Below are positions 55,443 to 64,000 of a stretch of DNA of 64,000 nucleotides, in pieces. Both the position numbers and the translations under genes were made by a program. Numbering within the stretch: position 1 is the first letter of the stretch; each line of letters opens with the position of its first letter. Under the pieces are notes generated by a model. That model did not search any database. It worked only from the letters and a program-made list of their open reading frames with translations, and was not told where the DNA came from. Source of the DNA: Bacteroidales bacterium (GTDB lineage: Bacteria > Bacteroidota > Bacteroidia > Bacteroidales > UBA932); NCBI GenBank assembly GCA_029098505.1, contig JAQXOE010000006.1, positions 13,979-77,978 of the forward strand, written 5' to 3'.

Positions 55443-57782
55443 ATGAAAATGAGAATTTCCGAAGAACTCAACGATATAGTCAAATACGCCCGCGAAGAAG
55501 CGATGCGCACAGGAAGCTACGGCATAGGCGTAGACCACCTGATGCTCGGTTTGCTCAGACACGCCGAAAACAATGCCTGCAGGGCCCTCGCCGGCCTCGG
55601 AATAGAGCTAAGTGAGCTCAAAAGCTTTATTGACTCGCACGTTTTCCTTCAGGACAGCATCCCCTACTCCGACATTGAAAAAGTTGGTTTTTCACGCGGA
55701 GCCCAAAGCATATTGAATCTCTCGATACTCGAGGCTACAAGACTGAAAAACGAAGAAGCCGACAGCATACACCTCCTGCTTGCCATCAGCAGATCCAGCG
55801 AGAACTACAGCTCCGCCTTCCTCAGAGACAAGGGAGCCGGCTACACAGTTCTTCTCACCTTTGTGCAGGACACTGGACTGGCTCAGCCAAGCCTTCCGGA
55901 TGCAGACCCTGAGGAGGAGGCAAAGCTTGAAGAGGCTGTCAATAACGCGGCCGAGCAAATCAGCGAGAGCAATGAAAACAGCGTCGAAGAATACGGCTAC
56001 GACCTGACCAAGGCCGCAGCGGCAGGAATCCTTGACCCCGTTGTGGGAAGGGAGGAGGAAATCGCCCGCATAGTCGAAATCCTCGGTCGCAGAAGGAAGA
56101 ACAACCCTATGCTCATCGGTGAGCCAGGAGTAGGCAAGTCGGCAATAGTTGAAGCCCTGGCAATCAAGATTGCCTCAGGTGACGTATCCCCGGTATTGAG
56201 TCGTAAGAGATTGATTTCCTTGGATATAGCCTCAGTCGTAGCCGGCACCAGATACCGCGGTGACTTCGAAAAGAGGCTCAAGGGCATAATAGCCGACCTG
56301 AAATCGAATCCCGACATCATACTCTTCATAGACGAATTTCACACCCTAGTCGGCGCCGGCGGAGCACAGGGAAGTCTGGATGCGGCCAATATGCTCAAAC
56401 CGGCTCTGGCTCGTGGAGAAATCCAGTGCATAGGCGCCACAACTATGGACGAGTTCAGCAAGATAGTGGAGAAGGACGGTTCTCTGGACAGACGCTTCCA
56501 AAAAGTGGTCATCGAAGCTGCCGACGTCCAGGAATCCATAAGGATATTGGAAAAGCTCAAGAACAATTACGAGAGTTTCCACAACGTAAGTTACACAGAC
56601 AAGGCCCTGGAGGCCTGCGTACGCCAATCAGACAGGTACATTGCCGATAAAACCCTTCCGGACAAGGCCATCGACGTGATGGATGAGGCCGGTTCCATGG
56701 TACGCCTCAGAGTGGCGGAGGACCATAGGAGCAGTAATGTAGTCGATGCCGACGATGTAGCCACAGTCGTATCAAGGATGACGGGTATTCCTGTCAGCAA
56801 AGTCGCTATGAGCGAAGGCCATAGGCTGATGGAGATGAGAGAGAAACTGAAAGAGAAGGTCATAGGACAGGACGAGGCTGTGGATACCGTTGTCCGTGCC
56901 ATTCAAAGGAACAGGGCCGGTCTCAAGAATCCTGACAGACCCGTAGGCAGCTTTCTCTTCTTTGGCCCAACAGGCGTGGGCAAGACCAGGCTGGCCAAGT
57001 GTCTGGCAGAGTATCTCTTTGATTCAGAGGACAATATGATCAGAATAGATATGTCCGAATACTCAGAGAAATTCACTTCTTCAAGACTGGTGGGAGCGCC
57101 TCCGGGGTACGTCGGACACGAAGAAGGCGGCCAGCTCAGCGAAAAAGTAAGGAGAAAACCGTACTGTGTGGTTCTTCTCGACGAGATTGAAAAGGCTCAT
57201 CCTGACACCTTCAATCTCCTGCTTCAGGTTCTCGACGACGGACGACTGACAGATAGCAACGGAAGAACGGTTAGTTTCAAGAACACCATAGTCATTATGA
57301 CCTCCAATGTCGGCACCAGGGAGCTCGAGGAATACGGCAACGGAGTGGGCTTTGCGCGCCCGGGCAAGGACATAGTCCAGGAAAGGAAGAACGTAGTGGA
57401 CAAAGCCATCAAAAAGCTTTTCCCTCCAGAATTCATAAACAGGGTGGATGAAAAGGTGAACTTCAATCCTCTGGGACGCGAAGAACTCCAAAAAATCGTG
57501 GAGATAGAGCTCAAGAGTCTTTGTGACAGGGTGGCAGATGCAGGTTACAGGCTGTCTATACCGCCTTCAGTAAAGGCTTTCATCGCTGAGAGCGGATATG
57601 ATTCCGCTTATGGTGCGAGACCTCTAAACAGAGCCATCACCAAGTATATAGAGGATCCCGTATCAGAGTTCATCATCACTGACAGGATGCTGGGCAATAG
57701 CAGTGAGGGCAGAATACTCCCTGTATTGAAACTCTCCCTGACCAAGGACAAGAAGAACACCAGGGTGACTAAACAATCCTGA
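55443..57782 (+). CDS. clpC: ATP-dependent Clp protease ATP-binding subunit (ClpC/ClpA-type double AAA+)
   Basis: The Clp_N repeats are followed by [15 protein letters not shown] (Walker A1), [25 protein letters not shown] (Walker A2) and [11 protein letters not shown]. The middle region is short. Confidence 0.9.
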   Translation: MKMRISEELNDIVKYAREEAMRTGSYGIGVDHLMLGLLRHAENNACRALAGLGIELSELKSFIDSHVFLQDSIPYSDIEKVGFSRGAQSILNLSILEATRLKNEEADSIHLLLAISRSSENYSSAFLRDKGAGYTVLLTFVQDTGLAQPSLPDADPEEEAKLEEAVNNAAEQISESNENSVEEYGYDLTKAAAAGILDPVVGREEEIARIVEILGRRRKNNPMLIGEPGVGKSAIVEALAIKIASGDVSPVLSRKRLISLDIASVVAGTRYRGDFEKRLKGIIADLKSNPDIILFIDEFHTLVGAGGAQGSLDAANMLKPALARGEIQCIGATTMDEFSKIVEKDGSLDRRFQKVVIEAADVQESIRILEKLKNNYESFHNVSYTDKALEACVRQSDRYIADKTLPDKAIDVMDEAGSMVRLRVAEDHRSSNVVDADDVATVVSRMTGIPVSKVAMSEGHRLMEMREKLKEKVIGQDEAVDTVVRAIQRNRAGLKNPDRPVGSFLFFGPTGVGKTRLAKCLAEYLFDSEDNMIRIDMSEYSEKFTSSRLVGAPPGYVGHEEGGQLSEKVRRKPYCVVLLDEIEKAHPDTFNLLLQVLDDGRLTDSNGRTVSFKNTIVIMTSNVGTRELEEYGNGVGFARPGKDIVQERKNVVDKAIKKLFPPEFINRVDEKVNFNPLGREELQKIVEIELKSLCDRVADAGYRLSIPPSVKAFIAESGYDSAYGARPLNRAITKYIEDPVSEFIITDRMLGNSSEGRILPVLKLSLTKDKKNTRVTKQS

Positions 57783-57916
57783 CTTCGGTAATCTCGAGGT
57801 CCATATCCTCAATGAGGCCGAGAAGGTTGTCAAGCATATCCTCTGAAGAGCAGAGCGATTCGATAGCGTTGTAGCTGAATTCCGTGTTTTTCATAACATC
57901 ATCATTTAACTGATGC

Positions 57917-57964
57917 AAAAATACAAGCAGCTTGTGCCACACTGAAGCACAAGCTGCAATTTTT
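57917..57964. terminator. bidirectional rho-independent terminator between clpC and the nucleoside phosphorylase gene
   Basis: An 11-bp stem GCAGCTTGTGC (57927-57937) / GCACAAGCTGC (57947-57957) is followed by AATTTTT on the plus strand and TTGTATTTTT on the minus strand. Confidence 0.8.
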
Positions 57965-57997
57965 ATGAAAAACTTTTCTTTCAGGCCAAAAGCGCGA

Positions 57998-58870
57998 TCA
58001 ATCCTCGGTCAACTTCTGAAGCGACAATTCCACAAGTTTGCGCACATTGGGTTTATAATCTGTATCGGCATCCTTCAAATACCTGTTGGCAATGGCACAG
58101 CATACAGTACCGGCCTCGTGTCCGAGATGAGCAGCCAGACCTGCCAGAGCAGAGCCCTCCATCTCGAAATTGGTAATTCTATAGTCGCCATAACGGAAAC
58201 TTTCGTAATCCTCAAGCATATCAGGCATAGCAAGTCCCAGTCTGACTACTCTTCCCTGAGGACCGTAGAAGCCTGGAGCCGAAATAGTTACGCCCTTTAC
58301 TGTACAATCCTCGAACTTTTTGATAAGTTTATCGCTCGCCTTTACGAAATAAGGGTCAGGCAGATGCCTGTTCCATTTAACGTGCTTCTTGAAAGCATCT
58401 TCCATATCAAGCAGAGCTATTTCATCCCTGTTCTCGTACCAGTTCAGCAGGCCGTCAACTCCCACGGAGATATGAGAGAAAATAAAGGAACCGAGCGGTA
58501 TGTCAGGATGTATGGCTCCTGTAGTACCAATACGCAAAACAGTGAGCGTCCTGTGTTCTGCCTTCACCTCCCTGGTTTCAAAATCGACATTGGCCAGAGC
58601 ATCAAGTTCCGTCATAACGATATCGATATTGTCGGTTCCAATACCCGTCGAGAGCACAGTAACCCTCTTTCCATTGTACTTTCCTGTCACTGAAACGAAT
58701 TCTCTGGACTGATGTCTGAATTCTATGTCGGAAAGATACTCCGCCACCATGTCCACACGGCCGGGATCGCCTACAAGTATCACATTGTCAGCGAGTTCCT
58801 CAGGCTTCAGGTGAATGTGGAATGCAGATCCGTCGCTATTGATTATAAGTTCTGACTCAGCAATTCTCAT
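57998..58870 (-). CDS. PNP/UDP-family nucleoside phosphorylase
   Basis: ILVGDPGRVDMVAEYL, VLSTGIGTDNIDIVMTEL, LRIGTTGA and FEMEGSALAGLA identify the family. Confidence 0.72.
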   Translation of the reverse strand: MRIAESELIINSDGSAFHIHLKPEELADNVILVGDPGRVDMVAEYLSDIEFRHQSREFVSVTGKYNGKRVTVLSTGIGTDNIDIVMTELDALANVDFETREVKAEHRTLTVLRIGTTGAIHPDIPLGSFIFSHISVGVDGLLNWYENRDEIALLDMEDAFKKHVKWNRHLPDPYFVKASDKLIKKFEDCTVKGVTISAPGFYGPQGRVVRLGLAMPDMLEDYESFRYGDYRITNFEMEGSALAGLAAHLGHEAGTVCCAIANRYLKDADTDYKPNVRKLVELSLQKLTED

Positions 58871-58925
58871 AATGTCTTAATTATTTGGTTGAATTTCAAA
58901 GATAGGATATTAATTCCGTTTTTCC

Positions 58926-58933
58926 TATTTTTG
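58926..58933 (+). promoter_or_regulatory. -7 box (TATTTTTG) for the small membrane protein gene
   Basis: The TAnnTTTG match lies 24 nt upstream of the ATG at 58958. Confidence 0.45.
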
Positions 58934-58957
58934 CAATTCGTTAAAATCCATTACACT

Positions 58958-59392
58958 ATGTGGCAAAGAGTTCAAACCTTATATTCATTCATCGCTACGG
59001 CACTCACTGTATCGATGCTGTTCAGTCTCAAGGCCGTTGTACCTGACGGAAACGGCGGATTCGCTGAGACAATAAAGTACAGCGAGTACATCCCTTATCT
59101 TATCTTGCTCATAATCATTTCATTGCTCAATCTCCTCGCCCTGACGACCTTCAGGTTCAGAGTTTTCCAGATGAGGACAGCCGTCCTTTCCGCATTGGTT
59201 ACCCTCTGCCTTCAGGTATGGATTGCAGTGGACTATTTCACCACCAGCGGCACCCTGGTATTCAGGTACACCGCAGTCTTCCCTCTCGTTGCATTAATAT
59301 GCAACTTGTTGGCCGCCAGGGGAATTGCCTCGGATATTATGGTTGCTGAGAGCGTCAACCACCTGAGAAAGAGCAAGAAAAACAGAAAATAA
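58958..59392 (+). CDS. small four-TM membrane protein (DUF4293-like)
   Basis: MWQRVQTLYSFIATALTVSMLF begins four hydrophobic helices, followed by a basic C-terminal tail. The family assignment is from memory only. Confidence 0.45.
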   Translation: MWQRVQTLYSFIATALTVSMLFSLKAVVPDGNGGFAETIKYSEYIPYLILLIIISLLNLLALTTFRFRVFQMRTAVLSALVTLCLQVWIAVDYFTTSGTLVFRYTAVFPLVALICNLLAARGIASDIMVAESVNHLRKSKKNRK

Positions 59393-59413
59393 GCGCAGAA
59401 GGAGAAATCCGGC

Positions 59414-60298
59414 TTATCTGCGAGAATCATTGAAACGTGCGAGGACCTGTTCCTCGTACGTTTTTGTTATTGGCAAGGCCGGAATCTGCTCATTGTCAAG
59501 TTCAAGTTCATAACTGTCCCTGACCTTCCTCAGAACCTTCACCCTGTCCATATTGACAATGTACTTGCGATGGCAGCGGACGAGACTGCTGTCGATAAAG
59601 CTCTCCTCGACCGTCTTGAGGCGGCAGCGCAGCATATATTGCTTCAGCAAACCCTTGCTGTCGGTGTACCATACCTTGATGTAATTGTCATCGGACTCGA
59701 TGTAGTAGAGATTGGCCGGACTCAGGGAAAGCTTGAGGACTCCGTTATTGTCGAAAAGTGTGATTTTCTTCTCGTCCTTGGGGGCAATCACATCATCCGA
59801 CACGACAGTGCTGTAGTTCATCACCCTGATTATCTTGTTCTTGTCATTGAGTGCGAAGTACATAGCACAGAAAAGATACGGAAATCCCATCTCGACCAGT
59901 GCAGCAACGAGCGAGCGGGAAAAGTCCATCCAGAAATTCGCTTCTATATCTATTATCCCCTGCCGCGAACCTATTGCCGTCAGAAGGGCGTAAAACAGTG
60001 AGATTGAGAGCATTTCCAAGAGCAGACAGGCAATATAGCCTATCATAGTCAGGCCTTTGGCGCGCCGGTTCAGAGCACTGATGAGGACCTTGCCGAGAAT
60101 AATCAGGACAAGGGAAGATATGAAGAAGGACAAGGTCAATGCAGACAGCTTGTCCGCCCCGATTTCGAACCAGGAATTGTCATTGAAAGGGACGTGCAGG
60201 ACCGTATATGCCAATGAAAACAGCGCCACAAAGGTCACTGTTCCCCATAGATGAGTCCTGCTCACCAGATATACCGGAACCCTCTCCCTCAAAGACAT
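59414..60298 (-). CDS. membrane-anchored LytTR-domain DNA-binding protein
   Basis: About four N-terminal TM helices precede the C-terminal LYYIESDDNYIKVWYTDSKGLLKQYMLRCRLKTVEESFIDSSLVRCHRKYIVNMDRV (LytTR). Confidence 0.72.
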   Translation of the reverse strand: MSLRERVPVYLVSRTHLWGTVTFVALFSLAYTVLHVPFNDNSWFEIGADKLSALTLSFFISSLVLIILGKVLISALNRRAKGLTMIGYIACLLLEMLSISLFYALLTAIGSRQGIIDIEANFWMDFSRSLVAALVEMGFPYLFCAMYFALNDKNKIIRVMNYSTVVSDDVIAPKDEKKITLFDNNGVLKLSLSPANLYYIESDDNYIKVWYTDSKGLLKQYMLRCRLKTVEESFIDSSLVRCHRKYIVNMDRVKVLRKVRDSYELELDNEQIPALPITKTYEEQVLARFNDSRR

Positions 60299-60334
60299 AA
60301 CCCAGAAAACTATATGTCAAGCAGGATACAGCTA

Positions 60335-61429
60335 CTATTCCGCATCTCCCGCCTCCTTGAGACGCTCCGCATTTTCAGCTACCTGAAGCTGGTCAATGCA
60401 CTCCTGGATGTCTCCGTCCATAAAGACTGGCAGGTTGTACATACTCCAATTTATGCGATGGTCCGTTACACGGCCCTGAGGATAGTTGTAAGTGCGGATT
60501 TTTGCAGAGCGGTCACCGGTCGAAACCATAGTCTTTCTCTTGGCGGCAATACCGTCAAGATATTTCTGGTGCTCGAGATTGTAAAGACGGGTTCTGAGTT
60601 CCTCGAAAGCCCTTTCCTTGTTCTTCAACTGGGAACGTTCCTCCTGGCATTGCACAACAAGTCCCGAAGGGATATGGGTGAGACGCACAGCCGAATAGGT
60701 GGTATTGACACCCTGTCCTCCAGGCCCTGACGAGCAGAAGAGGTCAAGCCTGATATCATTCCAGTTCAAATCGACATCAAATTCTCCCGCCTCAGGGAAA
60801 ACGGCTACAGAAGCGGCTGAAGTCTGGATTCGGCCCTGGGTCTCGGTCTGCGGCACACGTTGTACGCGATGAACTCCGGACTCGTATTTCATAGTTCCAT
60901 ATACGCCCTCAGAAGAAGAGAGCTTGAAGACTATCTGCTTGAAACCTCCGGAAGTTCCCGGAGTCTGGTCTGTTACCTCAACTCTCCAGCCCTTGCTTTC
61001 AGCGTATTTAGAATACATTCTGAAAAGGTCTCCAGCGAAAATCGCTGCCTCGTCACCGCCTGTACCGCCACGGATTTCGACTATCGCGTTCTTGGAATCG
61101 TCAGGGTCCGCCGGAATGAGAAGGAGTTTGATATTCTGCTCCATCTCAGGCAATTTCGGTTCGATTTCAGCAACTTCCTCCTTGGCCATCTCACGGAGAT
61201 CCTCATCCTTTTCGTTCATAAGGATGTCCTTTGCAGATGCGAGTTCATCAAGCATCATCTTATACTCGAGACCGGCCTTGATTATTGGCTCGAGTTCCTT
61301 GTAATCCTTGTTCAGCTGTACGAACTTCTTCATATCTGACATCACGTCAGGACTTGACAGCTGATCCTGAAGAGACTGGTATTTATCCTGAAGAGACAGG
61401 ACCTTTTCAAGCAATGTATTATCCGCCAT
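60335..61429 (-). CDS. prfA: peptide chain release factor 1
   Basis: [17 protein letters not shown] is the PxT tripeptide region of RF1, and [12 protein letters not shown] is the GGQ motif. Confidence 0.95.
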   Translation of the reverse strand: MADNTLLEKVLSLQDKYQSLQDQLSSPDVMSDMKKFVQLNKDYKELEPIIKAGLEYKMMLDELASAKDILMNEKDEDLREMAKEEVAEIEPKLPEMEQNIKLLLIPADPDDSKNAIVEIRGGTGGDEAAIFAGDLFRMYSKYAESKGWRVEVTDQTPGTSGGFKQIVFKLSSSEGVYGTMKYESGVHRVQRVPQTETQGRIQTSAASVAVFPEAGEFDVDLNWNDIRLDLFCSSGPGGQGVNTTYSAVRLTHIPSGLVVQCQEERSQLKNKERAFEELRTRLYNLEHQKYLDGIAAKRKTMVSTGDRSAKIRTYNYPQGRVTDHRINWSMYNLPVFMDGDIQECIDQLQVAENAERLKEAGDAE

Positions 61430-61448
61430 TGTATTATATGGTTCTTTG

Positions 61449-62570
61449 TTAATTTATTTTCTTTATGTAGCAACGGCGCCTCATATAAGGCTCCGAATCG
61501 AAGCTGGTCCAGACATTGACCGCAGTATTGGTCTCTATCTGAGGATTGGTAATGCCGGTAATCATACCGATTCGGGCGGCTTTTTCCCAGATATCCTTCA
61601 TATATACGGCACTCACTCCCTTGTTCTGCCACTGTGGCACCACACCGTTCAGCATAAGGTCGGTCACGCTGTAATCATTCATAGCCCTGAGCAGGTGATA
61701 CCACCCGAAAGGGAAAAGCCTTCCTCCGGCTTTCTGGAGTGCCTTGGAGATGGATGGGAAATTGATAGCGAAACCGATGATTTCGCCATCCCTGTCCATC
61801 AGCACGGTACTGGACTTGCCCGAAATAAGAGGAATCACGCTTTTGGCTTCCTCGTCAATCTCTTCATCGGTAAACGGAATGAAGTTGTAAACCTGGGAAG
61901 AGAAGCTCTCATTGTACACCTTGAAGAACTTCCTGACCAATTCCTTGTCCTTCTTCAAAGTGTCGATATCGACAAAACGGAAGTCATATCTCTCACCTAG
62001 CAGCTTGGAAAGCCTGTCAACCTTGGGTGGCAGGGGTGCACCAGCCTTAACCTTGTACTGAAGCCAGTCACACTCCTTCACAAAACCAAGCCTTGAAACC
62101 AAATCATTATAATACGGGTAGTTGTAGATGCAATTGAAAGGAGGTACGTTCTCAAATCCTTCCACAAGCATCCCCTGTTTCCCTAGCGTATTGTAATATA
62201 GAGGTCCGTGTATTTCGTCCATTCCCTCTTCCCGGGCCCAAGCCTCCGCCGTAAGTATGAGGAGTTTCGCCACTTCCAGGTCATTGACAGTGTCAAACCA
62301 GCCGAAACGAGCCCTTCGGGTGCCGTATCTTTCATTGTACCTGGGATTTATCATAGCACAGATGCGTCCCACAACCTTCTTTCCGTCAAGTACCATCCAC
62401 ATTCTGCGCTTGCAATAGCTGAGGGTGGAGACTTTAGTCAAAGAATGGAACTGATCAGAATGCAGCGCCGGCACGTATTGGGGGCAATCCCTGTACAGCA
62501 CATCAGGAAACTTGATAAACTGCATCAAGTCCCTTCTGGAAGCTACTTCTTTGATAATGTACTTTGACAT
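61449..62570 (-). CDS. uncharacterised protein, possibly GNAT-fold acyltransferase-like
   Basis: The long ORF has good coding character. [15 protein letters not shown] ... [19 protein letters not shown] is reminiscent of GNAT cores, but I saw no firm motif. Confidence 0.35.
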   Translation of the reverse strand: MSKYIIKEVASRRDLMQFIKFPDVLYRDCPQYVPALHSDQFHSLTKVSTLSYCKRRMWMVLDGKKVVGRICAMINPRYNERYGTRRARFGWFDTVNDLEVAKLLILTAEAWAREEGMDEIHGPLYYNTLGKQGMLVEGFENVPPFNCIYNYPYYNDLVSRLGFVKECDWLQYKVKAGAPLPPKVDRLSKLLGERYDFRFVDIDTLKKDKELVRKFFKVYNESFSSQVYNFIPFTDEEIDEEAKSVIPLISGKSSTVLMDRDGEIIGFAINFPSISKALQKAGGRLFPFGWYHLLRAMNDYSVTDLMLNGVVPQWQNKGVSAVYMKDIWEKAARIGMITGITNPQIETNTAVNVWTSFDSEPYMRRRCYIKKIN

Positions 62571-62623
62571 CGGCCCAAGCTGAAACGCACAAATTTAGTA
62601 AAAACATCCGACACGAGCAATTA

Positions 62624-63430
62624 TCACAGTCCATTGGCTTTCGCTTCATCCCAAATGGCATCCAATTCCGCAAGCGAAAGCTCGGAAAAGCTTACACCCT
62701 GCCTGATAGTCCTGTCTTCAATAAAGCCGAACCTGGCACGGAATTTTTCACAGGAACGGTTCAATGCGGCCTCAGGATCAACATCATACAGACGTGCGGC
62801 GTTGATGATGGAAAAGAGCAAATCGCCGAATTCCATCTCGAGGTGGGCTGCATCTCTGCCGGCTATGGCCTCGTCCACTTCGTCCATTTCCTCCCTGACC
62901 TTGTCCCAGACATCCTCGCGCTTTTCCCAGTCGAAACCGCAGCCTCTGGCCTTCTCCTGCATTGACAATGCCTTCAGAAGCGCCGGCATGGAATGAGGAA
63001 TGCCCGACATCACCCTCTTATTGCCATCCTTTTCCTTGGCCTTGACCAGTTCCCAAGTGTCGGCAATCTCCTTGGCGGACGGGGCTTCGCCTTCAGGGAC
63101 AAGGCTGCCGTCGGGACGGAACACGTGCGGATGACGGAATATCATCTTGTCGCAGATTTTCCGTATCGAATCGGCAATGTCGAATTCGCCCTTTTCCTGG
63201 GCAATACGGGCATAAAAGACCATATGGTAGAGCAGGTCACCTATTTCCTTGCAGGTTTCATTACTGTCGTGCTTGAGTATGGCGTCGCTGAGTTCATACA
63301 CTTCCTCCTCGGTCATAGGACGTATCGATTCCATAGTCTGTTCAGCATTCCAGGGACATCTTTCGCGGAGACTGTCCATTACATCCAGCAGTCTTCCGAA
63401 CTGTTCGAGCTTTTCTTTTCTTGTATTCAT
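62624..63430 (-). CDS. mazG: nucleoside triphosphate pyrophosphohydrolase MazG
   Basis: There are tandem MazG domains: CPWNAEQTMESIRPMTEEEVYELSDAI..EIGDLLYHMVFYA, and EEMDEVDEAI..EFGDLLFSIINAAR. Confidence 0.87.
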   Translation of the reverse strand: MNTRKEKLEQFGRLLDVMDSLRERCPWNAEQTMESIRPMTEEEVYELSDAILKHDSNETCKEIGDLLYHMVFYARIAQEKGEFDIADSIRKICDKMIFRHPHVFRPDGSLVPEGEAPSAKEIADTWELVKAKEKDGNKRVMSGIPHSMPALLKALSMQEKARGCGFDWEKREDVWDKVREEMDEVDEAIAGRDAAHLEMEFGDLLFSIINAARLYDVDPEAALNRSCEKFRARFGFIEDRTIRQGVSFSELSLAELDAIWDEAKANGL

Positions 63431-63451
63431 CAGTATGAATTCTTTATTCAG

Positions 63452-63459
63452 CAAAATTA
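63452..63459 (-). promoter_or_regulatory. -7 box (TAATTTTG) for mazG
   Basis: The plus-strand sequence caaaatta lies 21 nt upstream of the ATG at 63430. Confidence 0.4.
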
Positions 63460-63470
63460 ACAAAAATTAC

Positions 63471-63478
63471 TATCTTTG
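63471..63478 (+). promoter_or_regulatory. -7 box (TATCTTTG) for the CoA-transferase gene
   Basis: The TAnnTTTG match lies 63 nt upstream of the ATG at 63542. Confidence 0.45.
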
Positions 63479-63541
63479 CGTGGCTTTGGGAAGCCAAGCG
63501 CTTCACATAGTGCACTAACAGAATCAATAACACTAAGATAA

Positions 63542-64000
63542 ATGACAGACATCCGATTCGTGACAGCAGACGAAGCTGTCAGCCACATCAGATCGCACAG
63601 CCATATCCACTTGAGCAGTGTCGCTAGCGTGCCTCACATTCTCATACAAGCGCTTTGCCGCAGAGCCGACGCAGGCGATATAAAGGACCTGCACTTCCAT
63701 CATTTCCACACTGAAGGACCCGCACCATATAGCGAAGAGAGGTATGAGGGCATCTTCTTCGACCAGGGTTTCTTTATCGGCCCGAATGTAAGGAAGAATG
63801 TCAATGCAGGCTATGCGGATTACCTTCCGGTGCATCTCGGAGAGACTCCAAGACTCTACAGGGAGGGCCATATAAAGCTCGCTGCGGCACTCGTGAACGT
63901 ATCCCGCCCTGACGGCAACGGAATGGTCAGCCTCGGCACCTCCGTTGACTGCTCCGTCGCCGCCATTGACACTGCCGAACTCGTGATAGGAGTCGTCAAT
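63542..64000 (+). CDS. acetyl-CoA hydrolase/transferase family protein (4-hydroxybutyrate / succinyl-CoA:acetate CoA-transferase-like), 5' partial at window end
   Basis: It is absent from the ORF track because no stop codon lies within the window. My translation is MTDIRFVTADEAVSHIRSHSHIHLSSVASVPHILIQALCRRA...VSRPDGNGMVSLGTSVDCSVAAIDTAELVIGVVN, which fits the N-terminal pattern of this family. The antisense ORF 63533-63871 is a shadow. Confidence 0.7.
   Translation, partial: MTDIRFVTADEAVSHIRSHSHIHLSSVASVPHILIQALCRRADAGDIKDLHFHHFHTEGPAPYSEERYEGIFFDQGFFIGPNVRKNVNAGYADYLPVHLGETPRLYREGHIKLAAALVNVSRPDGNGMVSLGTSVDCSVAAIDTAELVIGVVN

Noticed and set aside
57766-57894. A 42-codon acidic minus-strand ORF ([41 protein letters not shown]) lies between clpC and the nucleoside phosphorylase gene.
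   Set aside because: It starts only 23 nt after the T-tract of a strong terminator, leaving no room for a promoter. It overlaps the clpC 3' end by 17 nt and has no recognisable motif.

Overview
This is a densely coded chromosomal segment with about 52 CDS. It looks like a Bacteroidales (Bacteroidota) genome. GC is roughly 50%, there are no Shine-Dalgarno sequences, and many genes are preceded by the Bacteroides-type -7 box TAnnTTTG. Gene content and order also fit that order, for example gyrA-TPR divergent from clpC, gmk-nadD, and recR-mntP. About 80% of the window is core housekeeping: htpG, uvrB, relA/spoT, mltG, rnz, rpsA, corA, mntP, recR, fba, gmk, nadD, dnaK, leuS, phoH, gyrA, clpC, prfA and mazG. 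I found no rRNA, tRNA, CRISPR array, transposase, integrase or phage genes. The left 12 kb looks accessory and holds three items of interest. (1) A surface-glycan decoration cluster contains a GT4 glycosyltransferase, two diverged LicD phosphotransferases, a class V aminotransferase and a TagD-like cytidylyltransferase fused to a Gfo/Idh/MocA oxidoreductase. It is preceded by a degenerate histidine-kinase-like gene whose 3' end carries a G10 homopolymer. (2) Three secreted hydrolase genes are bracketed by inverted copies of a fixed-length 106-nt hairpin-forming repeat. I do not recognise this repeat; a third copy lies at about 50.9 kb. (3) An SPFH plus ribbon-helix-helix operon has an 11-bp-phased direct repeat at its promoter. 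Elsewhere there is an M28-like domain with degenerate metal ligands fused to a TonB C-terminal domain, an MBOAT plus two SGNH O-acylation module, and membrane-anchored AraC and LytTR regulators. All calls come from reading the sequence and the ORF track by eye; no database search was run.
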